From assembly GCA_030266015.1 (NCBI GenBank), contig JAJDHD010000024.1:1-36990 (forward strand): DNA of 36,990 nt, read 5' to 3'. The translations under genes and the position numbers were made by a program. This DNA is from Christensenellaceae bacterium OttesenSCG-928-K19. Lineage in GTDB: Bacteria; Bacillota; Clostridia; Christensenellales; Christensenellaceae. Each line of letters starts with the position of its first letter. Within the stretch, counting starts at the first letter, position 1. Under the pieces are notes generated by a model. It was not told where the DNA came from. It searched no databases and saw nothing but the letters and a program-made list of their open reading frames with translations. Of this stretch, positions 19,364 through 28,105 are shown in pieces.

Positions 19364-19465
19364 CGTCCTCTACTGTTCAGTCATCCGTGTTTGTTAAACG
19401 CAATCATAGTATTTTTAGTTAAACATAAAATTGCGTATACCTAACCTATTTTAATTATTATCGTT

Positions 19466-19471
19466 ATTATA
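19466..19471 (-). promoter_or_regulatory. Candidate -10 element (TATAAT) for the LRR protein gene. No clear -35.
   Basis: Perfect TATAAT on minus strand about 100 nt upstream of the start codon in an AT-rich region. Confidence 0.3.
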
Positions 19472-19614
19472 CACCAAAACATGCGTGTTTGCACTAATTT
19501 TTTGCATCACAAAAGGATTTGAGGTGTGTTAAGACAATGCCTGAATTGATGAAACCCCACCATATATCGATTCTTTTTCCAGCTTATCCGGCTTTGCTTT
19601 CTACATATTGTGGC

Positions 19615-20994
19615 TTAAAAATACATGTTATCAACATATTTTTCCATAAAAAACGGGTTGTTACCAAGCTCCGTATGCCCAGAAACATCTTTCACCGCAG
19701 CCGCTTTTTGCTGGAAGCTGTCATCCAGCAATACCAGCGACGCGCCTGCCGCCGCTGCGTTTCCCACGCTTTGTGTGGGCAAATCCGCTGGGATCAGCCC
19801 CACCGCCCGCGCGCTTTCCACATCCATAAAGTTGCCAAAACCACCCGCAATATAAACCTGCTTTATCTCTTCCTTGTCAATTCCCATTTCATGGATTAAT
19901 GTTTCCACACCCGCAGATACCGCCGCCTTGGCCGTTTGCACTTCTCGAATGTCTTTTTGTGTAACTATTATCTCGTCCGCAATCTTTAATGCCGGTTCCC
20001 CGTCTACTTCTGTAATGAAGCGGTTTTCTTCCTCTGCAATCCTGCCTGTTTCATCAATCGCCCCCGCCTTCACAAAAACGGCGATTGCGTCCAGCAGCCC
20101 CGAGCCGCAAATGCCGCGCGCCGGCTCGCCACCAATTGTTTCCACCTCCAACCGGCCACGCATGGTATACACCTTGTTGATTGCGCCCTTCACACCCGCC
20201 ATTCCGCAGGAGATATGCGCACCTTCAAACGCCGGGCCTGCCGCTGTTGAGGAAGAAAGTATCCTTTCCTTATTCCCCAGGGCAACCTCACCGTTGGTGC
20301 CGATATCCATCAAAAGAAGATACTCCTTTGAATCTGCAAACCCACATGCCAGCATATCTGTTGTAATATCTCCCCCCACAAAGGAAGAAATGCAGGGGGG
20401 CAGGTAAATGCCTGTTTCCAGTTCAATCCCGATTTCCTTTGCGCGAATCGTCTCCCCAAAATAGGACAACGGCTCAAAAGGCAGCACACCCATAGAGACG
20501 GGCGAAAGGTTACAAAGCAGATGCAACATTGTGGTATTGGCGGTTATCACACAATCAACAATATCGGTTTGCAACACCCCCGCCGCAGCGCACGCCTTGC
20601 CAATCATCTCGTTCAATTGCTTTGTAATTGCTTCATGCATAAGTGAAAGGCCTTTGGGGTCGTCTCCGCAAAACTTGATGCGGGAGATCACATCCAACCC
20701 AAAGGACGTCTGGCTGTTTATCTCACTCTGCACGGCAAGCACCTTGGAATCCCGCAAGGAATACACATAAAGTACAACTGTTGTTGTGCCAATATCTACC
20801 ACAATGCCATACCCGTTTTTATCGCAAGAATGTGCAGGCAGGGCTATGTCTGTCATAATGCTCATTTTTTCGTTTGTTTTTACAGCCTCACGATTACCCG
20901 TAGCATATTTGACACATGACGGATAAGGACATTTGCCAAATAAGCATTCCCCTTTGCAGACCTCTTTTTGCATATGAACACCATTTCCTTCCAT
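19615..20994 (-). CDS. ASKHA-fold ATPase domain protein (DUF4445, RACo C-terminal-like). It carries a short Cys-rich N-terminus and has no 2Fe-2S ferredoxin domain.
   Basis: Phosphate-1 motif GIVVDIGTTTV, LLMDIGTNGEVALG, YIAGGFGNF. N-terminal CKGECLFGKCPYPSC. Start codon uncertain. Confidence 0.7.
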   Translation of the reverse strand: MEGNGVHMQKEVCKGECLFGKCPYPSCVKYATGNREAVKTNEKMSIMTDIALPAHSCDKNGYGIVVDIGTTTVVLYVYSLRDSKVLAVQSEINSQTSFGLDVISRIKFCGDDPKGLSLMHEAITKQLNEMIGKACAAAGVLQTDIVDCVITANTTMLHLLCNLSPVSMGVLPFEPLSYFGETIRAKEIGIELETGIYLPPCISSFVGGDITTDMLACGFADSKEYLLLMDIGTNGEVALGNKERILSSSTAAGPAFEGAHISCGMAGVKGAINKVYTMRGRLEVETIGGEPARGICGSGLLDAIAVFVKAGAIDETGRIAEEENRFITEVDGEPALKIADEIIVTQKDIREVQTAKAAVSAGVETLIHEMGIDKEEIKQVYIAGGFGNFMDVESARAVGLIPADLPTQSVGNAAAAGASLVLLDDSFQQKAAAVKDVSGHTELGNNPFFMEKYVDNMYF

Positions 20995-21332
20995 ACCTGA
21001 TCTCTTTTTTAATAGTCCAGGTTTAATTTTTCAATTGGCAATAAACTTTTCCCAACAGTTTGCAGTATTCGTATTTTCGATGTAAAACAATAATATTATG
21101 AAACAAACCCAGCAAAAATTCTTGTACTTATCCGCACAAAACAGCCCTTTTTTATAATTCATAGATTATTCATACTTCATTCACGGTTTATTAAAAACCC
21201 TACGTTATAATAAAAAACATAAACAAGGTAATAACAGCTGTCAAACAGCGTTATTTACATAGAATATACTTCCAACCCCTGGGAAAACCGCTGGACAACC
21301 GGCGGTTTTACCTTTTCTGGCAGCTTTTGGGG

Positions 21333-22247
21333 TTATTCCCGCCCTTCATGCGGCAGGTCTGGGTTGATATGTACAATCACATCCTCAATCTCCATCCTGT
21401 TTTGCAGCAACTCGTTTTCCACCATTTTTGCAATGCCATGGCTTTGAAGTACTTTCAGATCCCGGTTTACAGAAATCTTAACAATCAGGATATACTTCGC
21501 GCCCACCGGTTTTGCGACCACACTGTCGATGTGATCCACCCCATCCACCCGAAGAATTTCGTTTTTGTACTCCTCTAAAACGTCCTTATCCGCATTCGAG
21601 TCCATCAGCACGTTACTCGCGTCCTTAACAATGCGGAATCCGTTATACGCAATCCAAACAGAGATTACAATACCCACAGCGCCATCCACCCAAAACACCC
21701 CCGCAAGGCTCAGCAAAATCGCGGCAAGCGTGCCTGCTGTCACAAATATATCGTTGCGGTGATCCTGCGCGTTGGCGTGAATAAGCAGGCTGTCAAATTT
21801 TTCCCCTTTCCTGCGGCAGTAAACAAACAAAATAAGCTTGGCAGCAATCGTTATTATTGCCGCTGCCACAAGCCAGCCGGAAAACTCCAGCCGCTCTTGT
21901 GCTGCAAGCGCGCCCGCAGCGCCCAGCGCAGTATAAACAGCCATGGCAATCATGGAAAATCCAATGATCATGGAAGCAATATACTCGGCTTTGCCATGCC
22001 CCCAAACATGATCTTCATCGCTTGGTTTGGCGGCATACGCACTGCCCAGCAACGTGACCACAGACGCAAAAACATCGCCCATGCTGTTGAAGCCATCCGC
22101 AATCATTGCCTGGCTGCCCGCGGAATACCCCACCACCAGCTTGAACGCCAACAACAAAATATTGATGGCAATGCCCAGCATCGCCACTTTTTTCGCCGCT
22201 TGGAACCTATCTTCAGTTTTAAGTGCCATGCTGTTTTGTTCTTTCAT
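21333..22247 (-). CDS. Cation diffusion facilitator (CDF) family metal efflux transporter
   Basis: Six TMs, conserved HxxxD-type motifs (ADGFNSMGD, HANAQDHRND), C-terminal cytoplasmic domain. ATGA overlap with the upstream MFS gene. Confidence 0.9.
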   Translation of the reverse strand: MKEQNSMALKTEDRFQAAKKVAMLGIAINILLLAFKLVVGYSAGSQAMIADGFNSMGDVFASVVTLLGSAYAAKPSDEDHVWGHGKAEYIASMIIGFSMIAMAVYTALGAAGALAAQERLEFSGWLVAAAIITIAAKLILFVYCRRKGEKFDSLLIHANAQDHRNDIFVTAGTLAAILLSLAGVFWVDGAVGIVISVWIAYNGFRIVKDASNVLMDSNADKDVLEEYKNEILRVDGVDHIDSVVAKPVGAKYILIVKISVNRDLKVLQSHGIAKMVENELLQNRMEIEDVIVHINPDLPHEGRE

Positions 22248-23485
22248 TTCTCCCCTTGCGCCACAGGCTTTGCCTCTCCGCGTTTTACGAACAACATTAA
22301 AACAAACGCGATGGCAAAAGCAACCGCCGAATACAAGAATAACACTTGATAGCTGTTTACAGTGTCACGGATGGCGCCAAAAAGAATGGGGCTGATAACC
22401 GATGCGGAAAAGGACGCGATATAATAAAACCCGGTGTAAAGCCCGGTTGTCTTTTCTGTTCCCATATCCACCACCATCGGATAGGAATTGGTGGCGACAG
22501 TAGACCAGCAAATGCCCGCAAGGATAAGCAACACCCAAAACATCGGCACGCTGGTTGTGAAATACATAATAACAAAGAGTATGATTACGCCGATAAGCGC
22601 AGCCATAATTGTACGCTTCCTGCCAAATTTTGTACCCAGGATTCCGGCTGGGATGGCAAACACCATATACATCAACGAAAATGCCCCCAGCATAATAGAG
22701 GAATCACCTGCGGAAAGCGCTTCGCCGTTTGCATTCACAAGGGTATTGGTCGCAAACAACGAGAAGAATGTCTCCACAGCACTATACGCGATAAACCAAA
22801 ACAGTATGGCAAGCAGAATCGCCATCAGGCTCTTCATAATTGCCGAACGCTGCTCCTTTGGCAATTGGCGAAAGGACATCTTATCTTCTTTTTCCACTGC
22901 CGAGCGCTGCTCTAACGGCGGCTCCTTCACAGTCAGCCGTAATATGATGAGCGCGGCTATCATGATAATTGCGGTGAAAATAAAGGGAAGGCTCATGCCG
23001 CCCGCGTTATACAGCATGCCGCCCAGCACAAAGATAATCAATGTGCCCAGGCCGCCCATCAGGTTTATCACACCATTGGCCTTGCTGCGCAGCGGGGATG
23101 GCGTAAGGTCGGGCATCAGTGCAACCACAGGCGCACGCCAGGTAGACATCACAAAATTGAAAATAATCACCACCACCATAGTCGTGAGCAATGTGGGCGT
23201 GAAGGGAATCAAAACAAGCAGCACCGCACAAATTGGTATTCCCAGCATAACAAACGGCATCCGCCGCCCGCGCGGAGACTTGCTCCTGTCCGAAATGCTG
23301 CCGAAGATTGGCTGGAACACCACGCCAAATATGTTGTCAATCGTCATGATGACGCCAATAAAGAGCGTGCTGCTAAGATAACCCTCCAATATGATTGGAA
23401 CGTAGTTGTTATAAACCGCCCAGGCGATAGAGGTCGCCAAAAAACCAAACCCAATCAGGAACGTCTTTTTATAATCCAATTTCAT
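22244..23485 (-). CDS. MFS transporter (MFS_2/GPH-like), about 413 aa. The ORF-track N-terminus from 23677 is not coding.
   Basis: ATATGGAGGG RBS 6 nt upstream of the ATG at 23485 (MKLDYKKTFLIGFGFLATS...), 12 predicted TMs. The upstream 64 codons lack protein-like composition. Confidence 0.8.
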   Translation of the reverse strand: MKLDYKKTFLIGFGFLATSIAWAVYNNYVPIILEGYLSSTLFIGVIMTIDNIFGVVFQPIFGSISDRSKSPRGRRMPFVMLGIPICAVLLVLIPFTPTLLTTMVVVIIFNFVMSTWRAPVVALMPDLTPSPLRSKANGVINLMGGLGTLIIFVLGGMLYNAGGMSLPFIFTAIIMIAALIILRLTVKEPPLEQRSAVEKEDKMSFRQLPKEQRSAIMKSLMAILLAILFWFIAYSAVETFFSLFATNTLVNANGEALSAGDSSIMLGAFSLMYMVFAIPAGILGTKFGRKRTIMAALIGVIILFVIMYFTTSVPMFWVLLILAGICWSTVATNSYPMVVDMGTEKTTGLYTGFYYIASFSASVISPILFGAIRDTVNSYQVLFLYSAVAFAIAFVLMLFVKRGEAKPVAQGEK

Positions 23486-23542
23486 ATGATCCCTCCATAT
23501 TGTGTCAAACACGGAAACAGGAAAAACTGTCCCTTTGTCTTT

Positions 23543-23571
23543 ATTATAATCCAGCACACCCGCATTTTCAA
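23543..23571 (-). promoter_or_regulatory. Near-consensus sigma-A promoter for the MFS-CDF pair (TTGAAA -17- TATAAT on minus strand)
   Basis: Hexamers read directly, about 50 nt upstream of the MFS start. Confidence 0.5.
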
Positions 23572-23641
23572 TGAAAGTGCTTTCGATAGTCCATTCTTCG
23601 CCTTTCCTGTATTCTCTATTTATATGCAGTTTTTCCCTATG

Positions 23642-23690
23642 CAAAACAAAAACCGTGCATACCACAGCGGCACACACGGTTTGTTTTTTA
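23642..23690. terminator. Bidirectional rho-independent terminator (ends the DUF1002 gene transcript)
   Basis: AACCGTG-15nt loop-CACGGTT flanked by an A-run (5') and TTTGTTTTTT (3'). Confidence 0.65.
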
Positions 23691-23701
23691 TTGATTATCT
23701 G

Positions 23702-24553
23702 TTAATCGTTACCCCCAAACCCACCAAACAGGTTTGAGAAGAAATCACCCACGCCCTTGAAGAAATCACCCACGTTTTTGAAGAAGCCCTGCACACCCTG
23801 CCCAGCTTCCGCCAGCTTGAGGAATGTGTCCGGATCAATATCAAGCTCATTCATCTGCTTGATCAGGCTCAGAATCTGTCCTATTTGCTCTTCTGTGAGC
23901 GTCGCGTCATACTCTGCCGCCGTATCGCGGATAAGCTGGCGGATTTCATCATCCGTCATGCCCTTTGTCTGCGCCAGCTTCGCTTTCAGTTCGTTCATAA
24001 ACTCCGGCGAAGCGTCGCCCAGCACCTCTTGCAGGTCACTGGTGATAACCAGCTCTTCCGTTGCGACAGATTTTGTCGTTTCATCCAGCAACTCGCCAGT
24101 AATATCCTCATACGCCTTATAGATGCCTGTGAGCGCGCCCGTGCCGGATACCGGCTTATAAGCGGCAACAATCACCTTTGCGTCCGTGATGCCCGCTGTC
24201 GCAAGCGCATTTTTGTACATTTCGTTCGTACACCAGTTGATATTAAAGGTTTCCAGCTCTATGCCGCCGCTGTCCCGCACCTCTATATACGCACAGGAAA
24301 GTGCAACATTGCCGATCTTTTGTTCAGGCGCAATCCCTTCCAGGTATTTACGCTCTTCAGCATTCGTTACCTGAAGTTCTGTCACCTCACCCCGGTTGAT
24401 GCGGAAAAATTCATATACGGTGCCAATCTGCTCTTCTGTATTATCTACGCCGATTGTCACACGCGAATCTCCCGATGCCGCAAGCGCGGGCGTCGCGGCA
24501 AACGCCATAACACAACACACCGCCAACAGAATAGAAATAAACTTTTTTTTCAT
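23702..24553 (-). CDS. Secreted DUF1002 (YpuA-like) protein with signal peptide and a Gly/Phe-rich C-terminal repeat
   Basis: MKKKFISILLAVCCVMAFAATPALA signal. Overall similarity to DUF1002 extracellular proteins. C-terminal GFFKNVGDFFKGVGDFFSNLFGGFGG. Confidence 0.7.
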   Translation of the reverse strand: MKKKFISILLAVCCVMAFAATPALAASGDSRVTIGVDNTEEQIGTVYEFFRINRGEVTELQVTNAEERKYLEGIAPEQKIGNVALSCAYIEVRDSGGIELETFNINWCTNEMYKNALATAGITDAKVIVAAYKPVSGTGALTGIYKAYEDITGELLDETTKSVATEELVITSDLQEVLGDASPEFMNELKAKLAQTKGMTDDEIRQLIRDTAAEYDATLTEEQIGQILSLIKQMNELDIDPDTFLKLAEAGQGVQGFFKNVGDFFKGVGDFFSNLFGGFGGND

Positions 24554-24682
24554 TGTTCCTAATTCCCTTTCAACAAATTCGTGTCAAGTATATCATCAAA
24601 AGTTACAAAATTCAAATATTTACGAAACATTTATGAAATATTTAAGATTTTGCTGCTTTCAATCTATTATATGGACGCACGC

Positions 24683-24715
24683 AACACATGGAATGTTCCA
24701 TTTTTGCGTATTTCC
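24683..24715. promoter_or_regulatory. Near-perfect ~30-bp palindrome CGCAAcacATGGAA-TG-TTCCATtttTTGCG (core ATGGAACATTCCAT), a candidate operator
   Basis: Read directly. Lies about 130-160 nt upstream of the DUF1002 start and overlaps a candidate -35/-10 (TATAAT at about 24660, minus strand). Confidence 0.35.
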
Positions 24716-24949
24716 CTGTTACATATTCCCTTTTATCGCAAAAAGATCAACCCTGTAGCTTGCAAAACAAAAATTATATATAATTTGTTTGACCATAGCT
24801 CCAGCTAAAAACACATGGACAAATAAAGCTTGACTAAACATAAAAAAACACAATGTCTCAACTGGCATAGTCAGCCGCAAACACAGATAACTACACTAAG
24901 CTAACGCTAGTGTAAAAAGCTTTCCACTTGCTGCATAAAGCTTCACACG

Positions 24950-25273
24950 CTACTTCGCAGCCTGGAGTTGAAACTCGCTTTCCTCTTTCTCAATCAAGTT
25001 ACTCGTCTTTAAATATGAGCTTTTTGCCACCAACAAATTATGCAATTCCACATCCAGGCCATCCAATAAATCTTTCATCGCTTCCAAATCGTTTTCCAGC
25101 ACATTCTTTTCTTCTTCAGTAAACTCGACGCTCCTGTATGCAAGTATTTGCGTCAGCAGCCTATATTCGTTTACCAATGGCCTTTTTTCATTCTCACAAG
25201 TTGTAATCTGATTTTCCAACCCACAAATAATCCCGTCGTATTTTTTTAACAATTCCTGACGAATATTTGACAT
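24950..25273 (-). CDS. Hypothetical small coiled-coil protein (~107 aa)
   Basis: AGGAAG 8 nt upstream of the ATG at 25273 (MSNIRQELLKKYDG...). Heptad-like E/L/K-rich sequence. No recognised domain. Confidence 0.45.
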   Translation of the reverse strand: MSNIRQELLKKYDGIICGLENQITTCENEKRPLVNEYRLLTQILAYRSVEFTEEEKNVLENDLEAMKDLLDGLDVELHNLLVAKSSYLKTSNLIEKEESEFQLQAAK

Positions 25274-25617
25274 TTGAATCACTTCCTTTGTTTTTCAATC
25301 AACAGTGCGCACAACAAAACCGCAAGGCTTAAGCTTTAACCTTACCAGATGGATCTCTGATTTCACCAATAAAATAATCAGGCCGCTTTCCACCCTCCGA
25401 CCTCTTGGGCCAACTAGAATTTTCTGCGTTTCCTAAAAAAAGAACCCACCCTTTGCAACTTTACCCTGAAGTGCCATATGCGCGCACTATTTTTTATTTA
25501 TACTTATTTTATAAACAAATATACCGCCGGCAAACAGATTGAAGCACACAAGCCAACAAAGATTTCTACCGTCTCTTGTTATATTTCACAAAAAACCGTT
25601 AAACTATAAGCCGATGA

Positions 25618-25656
25618 TAAAAAAACGCCTGCGGTATGCAGACGTTTTTTCTTTTC
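25618..25656. terminator. Bidirectional rho-independent terminator immediately downstream of apgM
   Basis: A7-ACGCCTGC-ggtat-GCAGACGT-T6CTTTTC, 8-bp stem with one mismatch. Confidence 0.65.
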
Positions 25657-26796
25657 TCACCATTTGCCAAGCTCTGCCGCCGTGAGCGATAGGCCCGTTT
25701 CTTTACAGCCTTGCTCTGTATACCTGCCCTGTCCCTTGGCTGGGCGGGTGGAATCATAAAACAAAAATGGAACTGGTTCCCCGCCATGAGCGCCGGTATC
25801 CGAAAACGTAAAATGATCTGACGAAAGCTTGAGTGTATATTCCCCCTTCAAGCCCGCAAGGAACCCCGGCAAAAACACCTTGTCAAACGCGGCGACCGCC
25901 TGTGCTTTTTCCACCGGCATCAATTCATGGCTGAGGTCATCCGGTTCTTGAATATGCACATAAATATTTTCATAGTCCCGTACCGCTTTTAATGATTTTT
26001 CCAGCTTCCTCTCCAAAAAATCCTCAAAGCTGCGCCCTTCCCGCTTTGTACCGATATTAGGAATTCCTGATATTTTTGTGATCCCATCCATCAAAAGCGT
26101 TTCAGAAAGCGCCACACGCCCTGCCGTATCGCCTTTGATATCCGGCATAATAGACGCGCCCCAAAACCAAAGCCCGTTTGCGTCAATGCCTTTATCCTGT
26201 AAAAATTCATAGGAACGCCGCATCAAGTCAAAAAACGGCGCCTGCTTGCCTTCTGTTTTAATATACTGTGCTATTGGCTGCGCGATGATATCATGCGCCG
26301 GCATAAAGTCAACCGGATAGAGCTTTTTTCCGCCTTTCACAACAAGTATGTTGCGGAAGGAACCGCAATAATGCAGCTCGTAACCGTCCCCAAATACTTC
26401 TTTTGCCAATGCTTTTGCCACCGGCTCCGCTTTTTCCGTAGCAATTTCATAGGCGCTGTAGCTTTTTATTTTGCTGTCTTCAAAGCTGCCACCCTCAAAC
26501 GTAACCATATTGGCACGGATGTACAAATCATTTTCATCAATGGGCATCTCCAGCCCCGCCGCCTCTATCACGGCACGCCCGCGGTAAGTATGCGGGTCAA
26601 ATCCAAGCAGGCTCAAATTTGCCACAGCGCTGCCAATCTCCAGCCCATCGGGTATTGTTTTCACAACCCCGCCCCTTGACTTTTGGAACAACGTGTCCAG
26701 GTTTGGCGTATGGGCATATTCCAGAGGCGTTTTACCGCCCAACTTCTCATTGGGACGGTCTGCCACACCGTCCAGCACAATTGTAATTTTTTTCAT
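25657..26796 (-). CDS. apgM: 2,3-bisphosphoglycerate-independent phosphoglycerate mutase, archaeal type (ApgM family)
   Basis: Metalloenzyme/PhosphMutase pattern (IVLDGVADRP..., HYCGSFRN, SDHFTFSDTGAHGGEPVPF). AGAGGA has ideal spacing to the second ATG at 26796. Confidence 0.85.
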   Translation of the reverse strand: MKKITIVLDGVADRPNEKLGGKTPLEYAHTPNLDTLFQKSRGGVVKTIPDGLEIGSAVANLSLLGFDPHTYRGRAVIEAAGLEMPIDENDLYIRANMVTFEGGSFEDSKIKSYSAYEIATEKAEPVAKALAKEVFGDGYELHYCGSFRNILVVKGGKKLYPVDFMPAHDIIAQPIAQYIKTEGKQAPFFDLMRRSYEFLQDKGIDANGLWFWGASIMPDIKGDTAGRVALSETLLMDGITKISGIPNIGTKREGRSFEDFLERKLEKSLKAVRDYENIYVHIQEPDDLSHELMPVEKAQAVAAFDKVFLPGFLAGLKGEYTLKLSSDHFTFSDTGAHGGEPVPFLFYDSTRPAKGQGRYTEQGCKETGLSLTAAELGKW

Positions 26797-26870
26797 GTCC
26801 ATTCCTCTTTTCGACTCTTCCGTTGTTATTATTATACTCTTTTACGCCGCTTTTCTCAAGCTATCCCGGA

Positions 26871-26899
26871 TTGACGATAATTTTAAATATTGGTATCAT
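26871..26899 (+). promoter_or_regulatory. Sigma-A promoter for the aldo/keto reductase gene (TTGACG -17- TATCAT, TGn extended -10)
   Basis: Read directly, about 35 nt upstream of the start at 26934. Confidence 0.5.
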
Positions 26900-26933
26900 G
26901 AATACAAATATTACAATTTTGGGGTGAATGGTT

Positions 26934-27974
26934 ATGGAGCAATATAGACTGGGTAAAACAGGCCTGATGGCGAGCGAACTGTGCTTTGGTTGCCTGCCTA
27001 TCCAACGCACGGACAAAAATGAAGCAACACGTATTTTGCGCAAGGCATGTGACAACGGCATTAACCTGTTTGACACCGCCCGAGGGTATACTGATTCCGA
27101 AGAAAAAGTGGGCGCAGCTCTAAGCGGGGTGCGTAAAGATATTATACTCGCCTCCAAGGTAACGGGCGCGGTGAATGGCAGGCAGGTAACAGAATATATC
27201 GACGACAGCCTCCGCACGTTGAAAACGGACTATATTGACGTGATGCAGCTTCACAACCCCAAACCCGTCATGCCGCAAAAGGACGGGGACGACGGGATGT
27301 ATGACGCGATGCTAAAAGCAAAGGAGCAAGGGAAAATCAGATGGATCGGCATCTCTACCCACAGCGTCGATATGGCAGAGGAAATATTGGATAGCGACCT
27401 TTATGATACACTGCAATTCCCTTTTAGCTATCTTGCCACGCCAAGGGAAATTGCTATTATGAAGCGCTGTGCGGAAAAAGACATAGGCTTTTTCGCCATG
27501 AAAGCGCTTGCGGGCGGCGTACTTAACAACCCTGCTGCCGTTTACTGGTTTTGCAGGCAGCATAAGGAAACCGTCCGTCCGCTGCTTGGCATCCAGCATA
27601 TGCATGAGCTCGATGATTTCCTTTCGTTAGTAAAACACCCTCCTCGCGAGGAAGAAATCTTGCCTGTCATAGAAAAGGATCAAAAGGAACTAGCTGGCGA
27701 GTTCTGCCGGGGATGTGGTTATTGCCTGCCCTGCCCCGCTAATATCGACATCCCAATTTTGTGCCGTATGTACCAGCTTCTTCGGCGCGCCCCATTGGAT
27801 GTGTACCTTGACCAGCCGTGGTATGACAAAATGCAGCAGACAAAAAACTGTACCGGTTGCGGCAAGTGCAACGAGCGGTGTCCTTATGACCTGAACCCAC
27901 AGCACAGGCTACCCGAGCAATATGACGATTTCATGCAAATGCATACAGCATATTTTGCAGATAAAAATAAGTAA
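26934..27974 (+). CDS. Aldo/keto reductase fused to a C-terminal 4Fe-4S ferredoxin-type domain
   Basis: AKR N-terminus (MEQYRLGKTGLMASELCFGC... DTARGY) and two Cys clusters (CRGCGYCLPCP, CTGCGKCNERCP). GGGGTGA RBS before the ATG at 26934. Confidence 0.85.
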   Translation: MEQYRLGKTGLMASELCFGCLPIQRTDKNEATRILRKACDNGINLFDTARGYTDSEEKVGAALSGVRKDIILASKVTGAVNGRQVTEYIDDSLRTLKTDYIDVMQLHNPKPVMPQKDGDDGMYDAMLKAKEQGKIRWIGISTHSVDMAEEILDSDLYDTLQFPFSYLATPREIAIMKRCAEKDIGFFAMKALAGGVLNNPAAVYWFCRQHKETVRPLLGIQHMHELDDFLSLVKHPPREEEILPVIEKDQKELAGEFCRGCGYCLPCPANIDIPILCRMYQLLRRAPLDVYLDQPWYDKMQQTKNCTGCGKCNERCPYDLNPQHRLPEQYDDFMQMHTAYFADKNK

Positions 27975-28036
27975 GCTATAGCGGATCTTTTTATCACGCT
28001 ATCTTCATAGGTAGAAACAAAACATCGATACACGAC

Positions 28037-28075
28037 AAAAAACCGCGGTTTCTAAAGATAAAGCCGCGGTTTTTG
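28037..28075. terminator. Bidirectional rho-independent terminator between the AKR (+) and SIMPL (-) genes
   Basis: AAAACCGCGG-15nt-CCGCGGTTTT followed by TG, A-run on the other side. Confidence 0.65.
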
Positions 28076-28105
28076 TAATTCCAAGCAAGATTTTTCCGTT
28101 AAGTA

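Noticed and set aside
22488-23381. 297-aa plus-strand ORF
   Set aside because: Antisense to the MFS transporter gene. No RBS and no domain signature.
23486-23677. N-terminal 64 codons of the ORF-track MFS call
   Set aside because: An internal ATG at 23485 has a perfect GGAGGG RBS and begins the hydrophobic transporter core. The upstream codons lack protein-like composition and overlap the promoter.
25283-25600. c-di-GMP (GEMM) riboswitch in the leader of the small coiled-coil gene
   Set aside because: A GCAAAGGG element is present. However, the paired P1/P2 architecture and the conserved GGCAAACC-type tetraloop-receptor motifs could not be reconstructed, so this was not called.
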